From Rhizaria sp. SCN 62-66 (taxonomy: Eukaryota): a stretch of 43,188 nt of DNA. Positions 21,801 to 33,800 of this stretch are shown in pieces. The notes below the pieces were generated by a model that ran no database searches, was not told where the DNA came from, and saw only the letters and a program-made list of their open reading frames with translations. Position numbers and translations under genes: made by a program. Each line of letters opens with the position of its first letter. Position 1 is the first letter of the stretch. The DNA lies in NCBI GenBank assembly GCA_001724265.1, contig MEDY01000336.1:1-43188 (forward strand), in the 5' to 3' direction.

Positions 21801-24800
21801 GTCTGGGGCTCAGCACGCCGCTTGCCACCGACAGCGCCAACGGCTTGCGCGCGGACGGCAACGAGCAGAGCGCGCGCGGGCGCAGGCTCGCACTCGTGTC
21901 TTCGCTCTTCGCCGAGTCCGCGACCGCCGCGGGGCGCGCGTACGCCGCCACCGTCGCAGCAGCGGCGCGCGCGCACGCCGCGGTGTACAAGGCGACCGCG
22001 CTCGCTATCACGAGCAGCGGGACCGCCAACGGCAACGCCAACGCCAGCAGCGGCAGGAGCAAAGCAAGTGCCGGCAGCAACGACGTGGTGGCCGTGAGCG
22101 TGGGCGACTGCGAGCGCGAGGGCTCCGTGGCCGAGGCGCTCGCGGCCGCGGCGGGCCAGGCTGTGGCCGCGGCGCGCGCGTGGCGGGCCGCCACTGCGGC
22201 TGCAGCGGCCGCGGCGAGGGAGCCCGCCGCGGGGGCCGAGCTGTGGGCGTGTTCTTCGAGCTCCAGCATGAGCGCAAACAGCATACATAACAGCGGTACC
22301 AGCGGTCACTCAACCCCGAGTTGCGGCACTGCTCCGGGCGGCATCGCTCCTAGTGACAGCCCCGGCAGCAGTGGTGACAGCGGCATGACCCTCTGGGCCC
22401 GCGTCAAGGCCCTTGCTTAGGGCCGTGTGGGCGTGCCGCTTCCCTCATCAAGCGCTGCTGCGAGACCCGCCAATTCAATCGCGAACAGTAGAGCGAGCGT
22501 CAACACCAGCACGAGCTCTAAGAACAACAGTGATGCGAGCGCGAGCTCTAGCTCTGCCGACGGGAACTTCGCTGGCAGTAGCGCCGGCGGCGAGACCGCT
22601 GGCTCGGTGCCGCCGTTGGCCCTGTTCGATCCTGCCGTGCCCGCTGCGCCCGCGTGGCTCGCTCCCTTCGACCCCTCCGCTGCGGCTGCCGCTACTGCGA
22701 CTGCCGGTAATGCCACTGTGGCGAATTCCATTGCGTTTGGCTCTAACGTTGATGACGCGACCAGCAATGCTAAGAGTGGCACTACCGGTGAGTTTGACGT
22801 ACTGCCAGATGTGTTTCAGGGCCTGGATGATCTCATTACACCCATCAACAGCACTTCAGTGAGCAGCACTAACAACAACAACAACGCGAATGGCTTAGGC
22901 AAGCAGAACGACAGACGCCTTGCTCGTGGCTCTGTGGCCGGCGCTACTTTCACCAATGCGTTTTCGCACAGTACAACTGACCTCCGCAGCGTGAGCCCGA
23001 CTGCAAATACCGGTGCGGGCGCAAGCGGTGTTGGCTACTGCGGCTACGTCTGGACTGCGGCCCGCGGTTTGCCGTTGCCTGTGGGCGCTGACTTGCCTGC
23101 TTTCTGGCGCAAACATGTGCCGCCCTATTCCTACGCCAATGTCAGCAGCACGAGCGCAAGCGCCGCTGCTAATGTTGCTGAAGCGGAGGCAAGCGCGGTT
23201 GACACAGCCCTCGCCGCCGCGCTGCCTCCCGTGGCCGCAGCCGCGCTTGCCACCGCGACCGCGACGGCCGCGCTGCGTCCCCGCGCGCTGCCGCAGCCCT
23301 TCGCTGCCACCATGAACGCCAACACCGCTGCGGCCGCGTCTGCGACCTCGGCGACAGCTGCGGCGGCGGCAGTGAGCGGCGCGTCGCTGGGCCCGCTGAC
23401 CGCAGCGATGGCGCTCGCGCAGGAGCAGGCGCAGGGCCACGGCACGAGCGACGGGCTGCCCGTGCCCGCGGCGCTGTTGTCGCAGCGGCAGCACGGGCTT
23501 CTGTCTGCGCACGCTGCGGCCAAGCGCGACCGTGAGCCGACTCTCTGGCTCGCGGTGTCTCCTAACAGTTGCAATATTGCAAGCGCGAATTACGGTGCAA
23601 TGGGCCCCGCTGCAGTTGCGAACGCTCTGCACTCAGCTGCATTCCCCGTCGCTCTCTCCGACTGCAACAACAATAGCGGTTCTGCGTCTTGCGGCAGGCA
23701 CAGCACTGCGCGCGTGCCGCTGCTGTCTGTGGCGCCGGCCCTGCTGCCCGCATCCGTGACTGCGCTGTCCGCGAGCGGCTCCGCGGGCCCGGGGCCCGTA
23801 TGGGTGCCGCTCACGGTCACCGCGCTCGCCGCGGTGCCCGCGTTCGATGGCGTCTCGGTCAGCTTCGCGGCCTCGTACGCGCCCATCGCAAGTGCGCTCC
23901 CGGCCGCGAACGCAGCAAACGCAAGCACTTCTGGCAAGAGCGCGACTGCGGTGGCATCGGCACTGGCGGCCGCTGTGGCGGGCGTTTTTGCGCCCGGCGC
24001 GAGCTACAACCCCCACAGCCACCCCGGCCTGCTCGCCGCCTCCGCCGCCGCTGCCACGGCCGCTGCCAACGCGCTGCGCGCGCAAAACAGGCGCGACCGC
24101 GACCGCGAGCAGAGCGGCAGCCCGAACCGCAGGGGCACTGTGGTGCTCGGCGCGAGCCGCGGCAACAGCTTCGGCGACGGCTCTGCTTCAGTCAATGCGA
24201 CGACGAACAACGTCAGCGTGAGCAATACTGGGAACAACAGCACGACCATTGCGACAGCGCTGCCCCGACTGCTCGCCGCCTCTGCGCCCCCGCCCTCTGC
24301 CTTTGCCGCCGCACCGGTCTCAGCTGCAGCAACTGCGAGTGCGGGCGCAAGCGCGGGCCCCGTGCTGCTCACAGTGCCTCACGCCGTCACCGTGACCTCC
24401 GTGCCGGACGCGCTCGCGCTGCTGCTCAGCGGCGCCGACCTCGCGCTGCACCTCTACGCCACCGCGCGCGACGCCGCCCTCCCGCGCGCGCGCGCTGCCG
24501 CTGCCGCCGCCGCTGCTGCCGCCGCCTCTGCTGCGGCGGCCAGCGCGGAGAGCGCATTGAGCACCGAGAGCGATGCAACTGCGGCCGCCGGCCTGATTGA
24601 CTCCGACGCCGTCATGCTCCCCGCCGCAGCGACGGCGACTGCTGCGACCGCGAGTGGAACGCCGTTGCAGCCCACGCGCCGCGCGTCTCGTCGTATGACT
24701 GCAGCGGCTAGCGCGGCTGCGGCGCGCGCGTCCCCCGCCGCCGTTGGCGCCGCCGCTGCGTACGCCGCGCTCGCAGCTGTCGCGTGCACGCGCGCGTCGC

Positions 24801-27800
24801 CCGCCGCACTGCTCGCGCTCGCCGCGCCGCCGCCGCTCGCGCGCGCGCTGGCGCTCCCGGCGCCACCGCTCGCGCCCACGCTGCCGACGACGCTGGCGGC
24901 CGGCGTGCCCGTGCCCGCTGTGGCCTCGCAGCGCGCGCGCGTGGCGGCCGCCGCGGGCGACGGCTGGCCCTTTGCCCACGCCAAGGCCCGGCTCGCGCGC
25001 GCAGTCGCGGCTGCGGGCGCGGTAGCCAGCGCCTCAGGTGCGGTGACAGTGGGGGGGGCGCTCTTGCCTGCGCGCGCCGCGGCGGCGATCGCTGCGGCTG
25101 CGTTGGGCCGGGCCGCCGCGCCCGCTCTCGCGCCGGCGCTCGTCGCCCTCGCTGCAGCCGGCGCGCTTAGCAACAGCAACAGCGGCAACGGTGGCCTCGA
25201 CGGGTTGCCGTCGCCGGCGCCGCTCTCGGGTTCGCTGTCACCGCGCACCATCGCCGCGAGCGGCCACGGTCACGGCCACGGCTACTACCAATACCAGTAC
25301 GGACCTGTGCAGGGCCAGTCCGGGCTGGTGACGCCGCGCCGCACGCCCGCGCCCTTGCTGCTGCTGTCGCCGCCGTCGGGCCACGCGACGCCGTTGCTCC
25401 ACGCCGAGAGCGCCGGCACGCCCGCGCCGTACGCGCACGCGCTCCCGCTCTCGCACCAGCTGCAATCGCAGACGCAGTCGCGCTTGTCGGGTGCGGCCTC
25501 CGCCCGCGACGGCGACGGCGACGTCGCGACGCCGCTGCTCTCCAGCATCAGCGCGGGCGGCCACGTCGCCGCGATCCCGAGCATCGGCGTGGGCAGCCGC
25601 GGCGCCCCTCGCGGGCGCGGTGCGCTCTATAAGCAGCAGCATCAGCAGCACCAGCACCAGCACCAGCGGGGGTCGCACTCGCTCATCGCGCTGCTTTCCG
25701 CACAGCCGCAGCTGCTGGCGCGCATGCAGTCGGTCCTCGCCGCGACTGCTGATGCCGCCGCGGCCGCCGCGCGCTCCCGCCGCGCCCTCGCTGCAATTGG
25801 CTCAAATGCAAATTCGGGGTTCTACACTGCGGCTGATAACGCAGCTGATGCTGCCGAAAGCGCTGCATCCATTGCGTCTCTGCCGCTGCCGCTGTTCCTG
25901 GCCCATACGGCCGCCGCGGCGGGCGCCGTGTCCGCCTCCGACGCGCTCGTGGGCGACTTTTTCGGAACCAACACGCTGCGCCGTCTGCGTCGGCACGCGC
26001 GTCCCCCTCGCCCGCAACGCACTACCCCAGCTCGCGCTGCTGTCCCTGCAAACCCGGACGCGAACGCATCAGTGGCCTCTGTCGATGCCGTGCCAGCGCC
26101 CGAGAACGAGATTGCAGCTGCGCCGAAGCGCGGCGTCGGCAGGCGAGCGACTCTGCGCGCGTCCATCCGCATTCCCCCGTCTACCTCCACGGCCTCGATC
26201 GGGGGCGACGGTGACAGCGTCGCGGACGGCGAGATGCGACCGGTGTACTCGGTGCGCGAGCAGCGCCACCTCAGCTACAGCCGCAGCCGCAGTAACAACA
26301 AAGGCGGCGAGCTCGCTGGCGAGGAAGACGAGGATGAGGACGAGTTCTACGACCAAGACGACGAGGACGACTACGAGGACGAGGATGAGGATGACGAAGA
26401 TGAGGACAAGGTGCTGCTGGAGGAAGAGGAGGACGAGTACGACGACGATGACGATGATGCGGGCTTCCGCGTCGTGCTGCCGCCGCCCTCACTCGCGCTG
26501 GTGCCCGAGGACCCTTTCTCGCCCTCCGCCGCAGCCGCCGCGGCCACCGCAGAAGACGCGGACACAGATGCTGACGCAGACGCTGAGGCGGCTGCGGCTG
26601 CTGCAGCGGCTGCGGCAGCAGCTGCAACCGCCGCCGCGGCCGCGGGCGCCGCCGAAGCCGAGGCCGCAGCGGCAGCAGCAGCAGCAGCGGCCGCGGCGGC
26701 TGCGGCTGCGGCGGCCAGCGCGCGGCTGCGGCGTCGTGGCTCCGCGCAGATGGCCGCCGGCACGCCCGGCCGCGGCCGCGGCCCTGCTACCGCGTCTGGC
26801 ACCGCTGCCGCTGCTGGCGCTACTCCGGTCGCAGCCGTGGCGAGCCGCTTTGCTGGCCCGCCCGCGGGTGCGCTCGACGCCGTCGCGACGCCGTACTACC
26901 TGTCGCCCACCTCACCTGACTCTAGTATGACCGGTATTGCGAGCACCGACGTTGCAGGTGCGGTCGCGTGCGCTTTGTTTGCGCCTATCGCGGCGCTGAC
27001 TGCCGCTGCGGATGCCGCAGCGGCGCGGCACCACCCAGCCGCCGCGGTCGCTCGCGCCGCCATCGCCGCCGCGACCACCGCCGCGGCCGCTGCAACGCCT
27101 GTCTCCCCCACTGCAGGCGGCGGCGCGAGTCCCTGCGTGCTGGCGGACGAGGCCACCGCGGCCGCGGTCGCGCCGCTGCTTGCCGCCGTCGCGACGCGCG
27201 TGCGCCCCGCGCTTCTGGCCGCCTTCCTCCCCTCGCTGCCCGCCGGCGCCGCCGCGGCGGCAGCCCCGGCCGCGGGCAACACGGGCGCCGGGTTGCTGCT
27301 CGCGGCCTCTGCGGCGGCCGTCGCGGCTGCCCCCGTTGCCGCGGCAGCCGTGGCGCCCTCCGTCGGCGCGCCGCTCACTCTGGCAGCTGTGTCTGACTTC
27401 GCGTCGTCACTGGCGACCGGCACCGGCAGCGGCGTTGCGCTCCTCTCCTCAGCGCTCTCCAACAACAGCATGGCATCTGCTGCGAATGCCGCTCCTGTTG
27501 CGTTCCCGCTGTTGGTCACCGCGCCCGTGCCCGCGTCGCTGCTGCCGCTGCACGTGGCGCTGCTGCGCGACGCCCCCGCGGCCGCGGCCGCGCTGTTGTG
27601 GGCCGCCGGGCACGCGTTCGAGGGCGAGCGCAGGGCCCGCGCGCGCGCCCGCGCCACGGCCGCTGCGCCCGCGCCCGTGCTGTTCCTGCTGCGGCGCCGG
27701 CTCGAGCAGACGGCGGCCCTGGTGCTGCTCGCCTCGGAGCACCCCGCGCCCAACGCGCGCAGCGGCGCGACGACTGCGGTCGCGGTGGCCGCGAGCGTGG

Positions 27801-30800
27801 CGACGCACGTGCGCGGCGGGAGGAAGGCCAGTCTCGCGGCTGCCGGCGCGCTGGCCGCCGCCGCCGCTGCCGCTACTGCCGCGGCGAACAGCGCGGGCTT
27901 CGGCGCCGCGCTGGCGCTGGACGCGGCCGCCGCAGTGCGCGCCGTGGCGGCCCGCGCCGCCGCCGCGCACCCCGACCTCGCGGTGCTGACGGAACAGTGC
28001 GCGGCCGCCGCGACGCACTTGAAGCAGGTCACGGTCGGCGGCGCGGGCAGGGCCGAGGGCGTGCGCGCGGGGCTGCGGCGCGCGGCCGACACGCTGGCGA
28101 TGCTCGAGCTCGCGCTGTGGGACACCGAGCGCGACGCGGAGAAACGCGTCGCCACGGCGCTCGCCACCGCGGTGCCGCTGCTGCCCGCCGGCGCCGCTGA
28201 CGGCAACGCCGGCGACAGCGCCGAGGACGAGGACGAGGAGGGCGCTGCCGAGGGCGTCGCCGCGCTGGCCGCGGCGCTGCCGGGCGCGATGGCGCGGCGG
28301 CACGCGCGCGAGACGCGCAACGGCCGCTACCACAACAACAGCAGTGCGGGCGGCGGCTACTGGCAGGGCGGCGATGTTGTCGACGGGGCTGGGCTGGACG
28401 TCGGCAGTGGCAGCGAGGCGACTTGCGACGACTTGAGCAACAACAGCGACGGTGACAGCGACGTCAACGCCAGTAGCAACGACGACGATGACAAGAACGA
28501 CGAAGAAGATTGTGGCAACAGTGACAGTGAAAGAGACAACAGCGGCGGCGAGGGCAAAGTCGGTGCGCGTGCCCGCTTTGCGCCGTCGCCGCACTTCCCC
28601 CCGCGCCCCCGTGGCCGCACCAACGGAAACTCTTTCAGCAGCGCCAGCAACAAGAATGGTAACACTGAGAAGAAGCACCGCCATGGTGCTCGCGCTCGTT
28701 CTCGCCTCGCCAATCAGCAGGAGAAGAAGCCCTCCCCGGCCGAGGCTGCGGCTGTGGACGCTGCGGAGGCCCTCGCGGCGCGGCTCTACCCGGTCGCTGC
28801 GGGCGCGCTCGCCCGCGTGTTTGCGTCGCGCCGCCTGCTCACGCAGCTCGTCGCCGTGCTGCGCGGTGCGCTGCTGCACAAGGCCCAGCTGCTCACGGCC
28901 ACGGCCGCGGCCGGCGACGCGGCGGGGAGCGAGGCGGCGGACGGTGGCGCGCTCGTGGTGCCGGCGCTGAGTCCGTTCGCGCTGCTAGGCCGCGAGGCGC
29001 GCGCGCTCAAGGTCGCCGTGCGCGCGCTCGCTGCCAACAGCAGTGGCGCTCTCTCCGGCTCCGACTCGGACTCCGAATCCGAATCTAACGATGAAGATGA
29101 CGGCGACCACGGCGACGGCGATGATGAAGATGGCGTTGAGCTCCGTGGCGCTGCTGCGCCGCTGCGTGCGCTGCGCTCGTGGGCTGCGCGCTGGCTGGGC
29201 TTGCCCGCGCGCCCCGTCGCGCTCCCCGCGCCCACACTCGGTCTCGGTGAAACCGCGAACAAGAGCGCCGACAACATCCATGACAGCAATATTGGTATTG
29301 ATGCAGATGCTGCGTTCTGGTGGCAGCGCCCGCGCCGCCGCGCCGCGCCCCCCGCGCAAGCACACGCGCTGTGGTGCATCGTCCACCTCGCCGACGCCGC
29401 CGCGGCTGGCAACGCGGCCGCCACGCTCGCGGCTATCACCGCTCTCCGCGACGCCCTGTGTCCGTCCCCCGCCGCCACAGCCGCCGCCGCCGCCGCCGCT
29501 GCCGCCAAGAGCGACGCGGACGCCACGGCAGTGCCGCCCAGCGCGGCGCTGTCGGCCATCGCGCCCGTGCTGACTGCGGTCACGGCCGTGTCGACGCTGT
29601 CGCGCCTGTGGCCCGCCGCCGAGCGCGCGCCGCCGCTGGCGTGGGTCGAGCGCGCCGCCGCAGTCGCCGCTGCCGTCGCGCCCGCCGCGGCCGCCGCTGC
29701 GCTGGGCACCGCGGCCGGTGCGCGCGCGCGCGTGCGCTGCTGGGGCCGCGACCTGCGCGCCGCCGTGGCGACGCTGGAAGTCGCTGAGGCTGCGTACGCT
29801 GCTGCACTCGTGCGCCGGCAAGAGAGGCTTGCGCTCGTCGCAGCGGTCGCCGCGGCTGACGCCGACGCTGCCGCCAATGCAGTTTCTGCTTCGGATGTCA
29901 GTGTGCGCCTGAGCGTAACTGTGCCCGTGGGCGACGGCGACGGTCACGGCCACACTGCGCGCGAGCGGTCGCTGACGCGCGCGCGGCCGATGCTGGTGAC
30001 CAAGGGGCGCAACGGCCCGACGACGAGCGAGTTCCCGCCGTCTCCGCGTCGCCAGCAGGCCGTTGGGGCAGCGCAGGGGTCCGCAGCGGCAGATGCGAGC
30101 AAGAGCAGGGCGACAGTGCTGTCCGCCGCCGCTGCCACTGCCGCTGCAGCTGCTGCACTGGCAGCAGGTGCTGCGCTGCGCATGCAGCGCCGTGTTCGCT
30201 GGCTCCGTGCGGTCTATAATAATAGCGCAAGCTCTAGTAGTAACAACGGCACGGCGGATGGCGTCGATTGGGAATGCGACGCCGACGCCGCGGCCGCAGG
30301 TGTGGACGGCGCTGGCGACGATGACGGCGACGGCGACGACGGCGACGACGACGCCGAGGTTGACGCCTTCTCCGAGACCGCCGTCTTCGCGCCCGCGCTG
30401 CCCGCTGGCGCCGCCGCTGCGGGACCGGGCTCAGAGTCCGATTCCGCCGCCGCGGCCGCGATGGGCGGCACTGCGTCCGGCGCGGGGCTCGCGTCGGCTT
30501 TCGACGCCGCAGCCAGCGCGGCCTCCGCTGCGGGCGCGGCGGCTGGCGCGCCGGCCTCGCGCGGACTGCGTTTGCGCCCCGCGGCCAACAACAGCACCGG
30601 TCCTGGCGCTAGTGTGGGTGCTGCTGCTGCTACTGCTGCTGCTCCCGCTGGGCCTGCAGCAGGACGCGGCACGCCCGCGCGCGCGCCTAGCGTGCACCGC
30701 CTGCTGGCCCCCGCCAGCGCCCTCGCCAGCACGCCCAGCGAAAGCGCGTACGCCGGTGCCAGTAGCAGCAGTGTCGTTGTTGCTGGCTCCAGCAGCGCAG

Positions 30801-33800
30801 CCACGGGTCCGTTGCGCGGCGTCGGTCTCTGGGCCGTGTCAGCGGCTGTCCGCTTCCGAGCCGGCGGGCGCCGCGGTGCTGCTGCTGCAGCCGCCGCAGC
30901 CGCCGCCTGTATCACTGGCGCGCTGATGCTGCCAACACCGACTGTGTCCCCCGCCCCGGGAGCCACGGGCGGCGCTGCTGCCTCTGCGCTGCGCGCTCCC
31001 GCACTTCTGCCTCTCCCAATGTCGCACCAGCCCTCGCTGGCTGCTAACCCGTTCACGACACTCTTCGAGCCCGCGCGCGCACCCGCTGCCGCAGCGCTGT
31101 CCGCGGCCGCAGCGCGCGCGCTGGCGCTGGAGCGCCGTCCCCCGCGCGCGCCCAAGGTCATCCGCAAAGCGCGCGACATCGGCCTGGCTCCGACCCCGCG
31201 TAACGCCTCGAGTGGCGGCAGCGGCAGCATGAGGCCGCGGTCGACGAACCGGCCGAGATCGAAGTCAGGCCGCCCGCGCTCGGGCATGCCCTCGCCCAGC
31301 CCGAGTCCCAGCCCCGCATTCGGGCTTGCCGCCCCCATCGGCAGCAGCCACAGCATCAGCGGCGACCGCGGCCACCTCCTCTCAATCGAGCGAGGACACA
31401 CGGGCCTCGCGCCATGGGCCGACGACGAGCCCGACGGGCTTTTGGACGGCATCGTCGGTCCCAGCGCCAGCAACGGCACCAACAGCGGTCGCGACAGCAA
31501 TATGAGCACGCCGTCGGCGTCGCCAATGCGTCCGCTACCGCTGCGCTCTCGCAGCATCCTGGTTGCGGCCGCAATGACCGGCTCCGCCGCGCCGTCCCCG
31601 CCGCCCGCTCCGTTGCCGCTGCCGCTCCCGTTGCCTTTGAACGGCGCGAGCGTGAGCAACAATGGCGCAATGCAGTCGCATCACACAGGTGGACATACTC
31701 AATCTCCGTCTCCGCGCCGCCGCCCGCCGGGTCGCCGCGCTGCGGCTGCAGTCGCTGCGATTGTGTCCAACCTCAGCTTGCTGTCTCCCTCCGCGCGCGC
31801 GCGGCGCCAGCGTCACCGCCGCCGCCAGACTGACGGCTTCGGCAGCGACCGTGCTGAGGAGGAAGCTGGTGATATCGCAGCTGCCGCCGCCAATGTCGCC
31901 GCTGCACGTGCTGCAGTGACCGCACTGCTCTACGGCACGAAGCCCGAAGACTCCAGCCGCGCTGTGGCAGTGAGTGATTACAGTGACGCGAACAAGAACG
32001 CCAGCGGTGAGAAGGACGATGACGACGATGATGGCTACGACGACGACGGCGCCGTCATCGCTTCAGTGCCGTGCGCCGCCGCCGCGCCCCCCGCGTCACT
32101 GCTGGCCGGCCTCGGTGATCTGGCCTGGGCGCTCGACGCCGCTGCCACGCCCTCCGCGTCTCTCGCCGGCCCTGCGGCGGCGGGCAGCAACGCTGCGGCG
32201 GCCGCGGCGACCGCGGGCTGCTCGCTGTGGGGCGGCGCGGACCTGGGCGAGGAGCTCTTGGTCGCGGTGCTGTCGGGCACGCTCTTCGCGCAGCCCGACG
32301 CCGCCGCTCACTACGGGCTCACGCCGCTGCTCGCCACACCCGCGCTCGCTGCCGCGGCCGCCGTCGCCGCCACAGCCGCCGCCTCAGGTACCGCAGCGCC
32401 CGCGGTGGCCATCAGCGACATCGCGGCGCTCACGGCTGCGCTCATCAATCCCCCGGCCGCCGCCGCAGGCGCCGCAGCCGCTGTTGCCGCCGCCACGGCC
32501 ACCACGCCCGCAGCCGTACTCGCGACCGCCGCGGCCGCGGGGGGCAGTGCTGCGGGCGGTGCGACGAGTGCGAGTGCTGCGGCGACGGCTGCGGCTGCAG
32601 ATGGAGCATTTGAGTGTCTCTCCGGCGCGCCCGCCTCTGTCCCCACGCTGTCTGCTGCGAGTGCGGCCGCCAGTGGCGCTGCGACTGTGGGCGCGGTGCA
32701 CGCGCGGCTTGACTTCCTGCACGCGTATCTTGTCGCCACAGGCGCGCTCCCTCCTCAGCCCGTCGTATCTGCGTCTGCTAGCAACAGCAGCAGTGGTGAC
32801 CGTGACCGTGAGCGCGAGCGAGAGTTCATGCAGCTGCTTGCGCTGTCCCCCGCAGTGTGGAACGCGGCACACGCGCCCGCTGCGGGGCCGCTGACCGTGC
32901 CCGCTTCGCTGGCGGTCGACGCGACGCCGCTGCCTCTGGTGGTGTTTGCCAACGGCTCGTATACTGCAGCCGCTGCGGCCGCTGTCGGTGCAAGTGTGAG
33001 CGCGAGTGCAAACGCTGGTGCCAGTATGGACGCTTCGCAGCAACAGCCGCAGACTGCCGCAATGCTGGGGACTCCGCAACAGCAGCCGCCGCAGACCCCT
33101 GCGTCGACTGCGACTGCGAATTATGCCACGCCTTTACGCGTCTCACTCCCTATTGCTGGTAATGCTGCTGCTGCTGCCTCAACCCCCGTCACGGCCACTG
33201 CGCAGCCACAGCAACAGCAAGCGAGTGGTGTGCCTGGCGCCCCGACCGCTGCCTCTGTCGCCCTTGCGCGCGCGCGCTTTGCGCTGCTGTCGACGCGTGA
33301 GCGCGTGGCGCTGCTCTCGCACACGCTCGCCCTGGCTGCCGCGGTCGCCGCCCGCGCGCGTGCCCGCGCCTCCGCGGCCGCGGTGGTGACCCGCGCAGTG
33401 CACCTGCTGCTGACGGTCTCGCCTGCCGCGCCGCTGGCGCCGGTGGACCTGCTCGGCGCCGACCCGGACGCGCTGCTCCTCCACATGCACGCCACCTGCT
33501 TCCCCCACAGCAGCCACAGCGATGGCAGCGTCGACGGCTTCGAGAGTGCAGGCGATGACGCGCAGCGTGACGACGCGCGTGACACTGTTTCCTCGGCGGC
33601 GCTCGCGGCACCGCGCGTGGCGCTCGCCACGCAACGCGGCGCGCTGCTGCGGTGCATCGCTCTGGCGCGCGCTGCGGTTGCCGCAGAGGCCGTGCGCGGC
33701 GTCGCCCGCGCCGGTGCAGACGCTGCCACTAATGCCGCTACTGCTGCTGCGGCCGCACACTTCACGACTGCTGCCGCAGAGCGCCTGCGCTTGTTCCCAG

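Noticed and set aside
22403-22420. Possible 18-nt micro-intron GTCAAGGCCCTTGCTTAG removing the second TAG in frame
   Set aside because: All other introns are 121-248 nt with GTAYG donors, and no equivalent exists at the first TAG. It cannot be fully excluded without RNA data.
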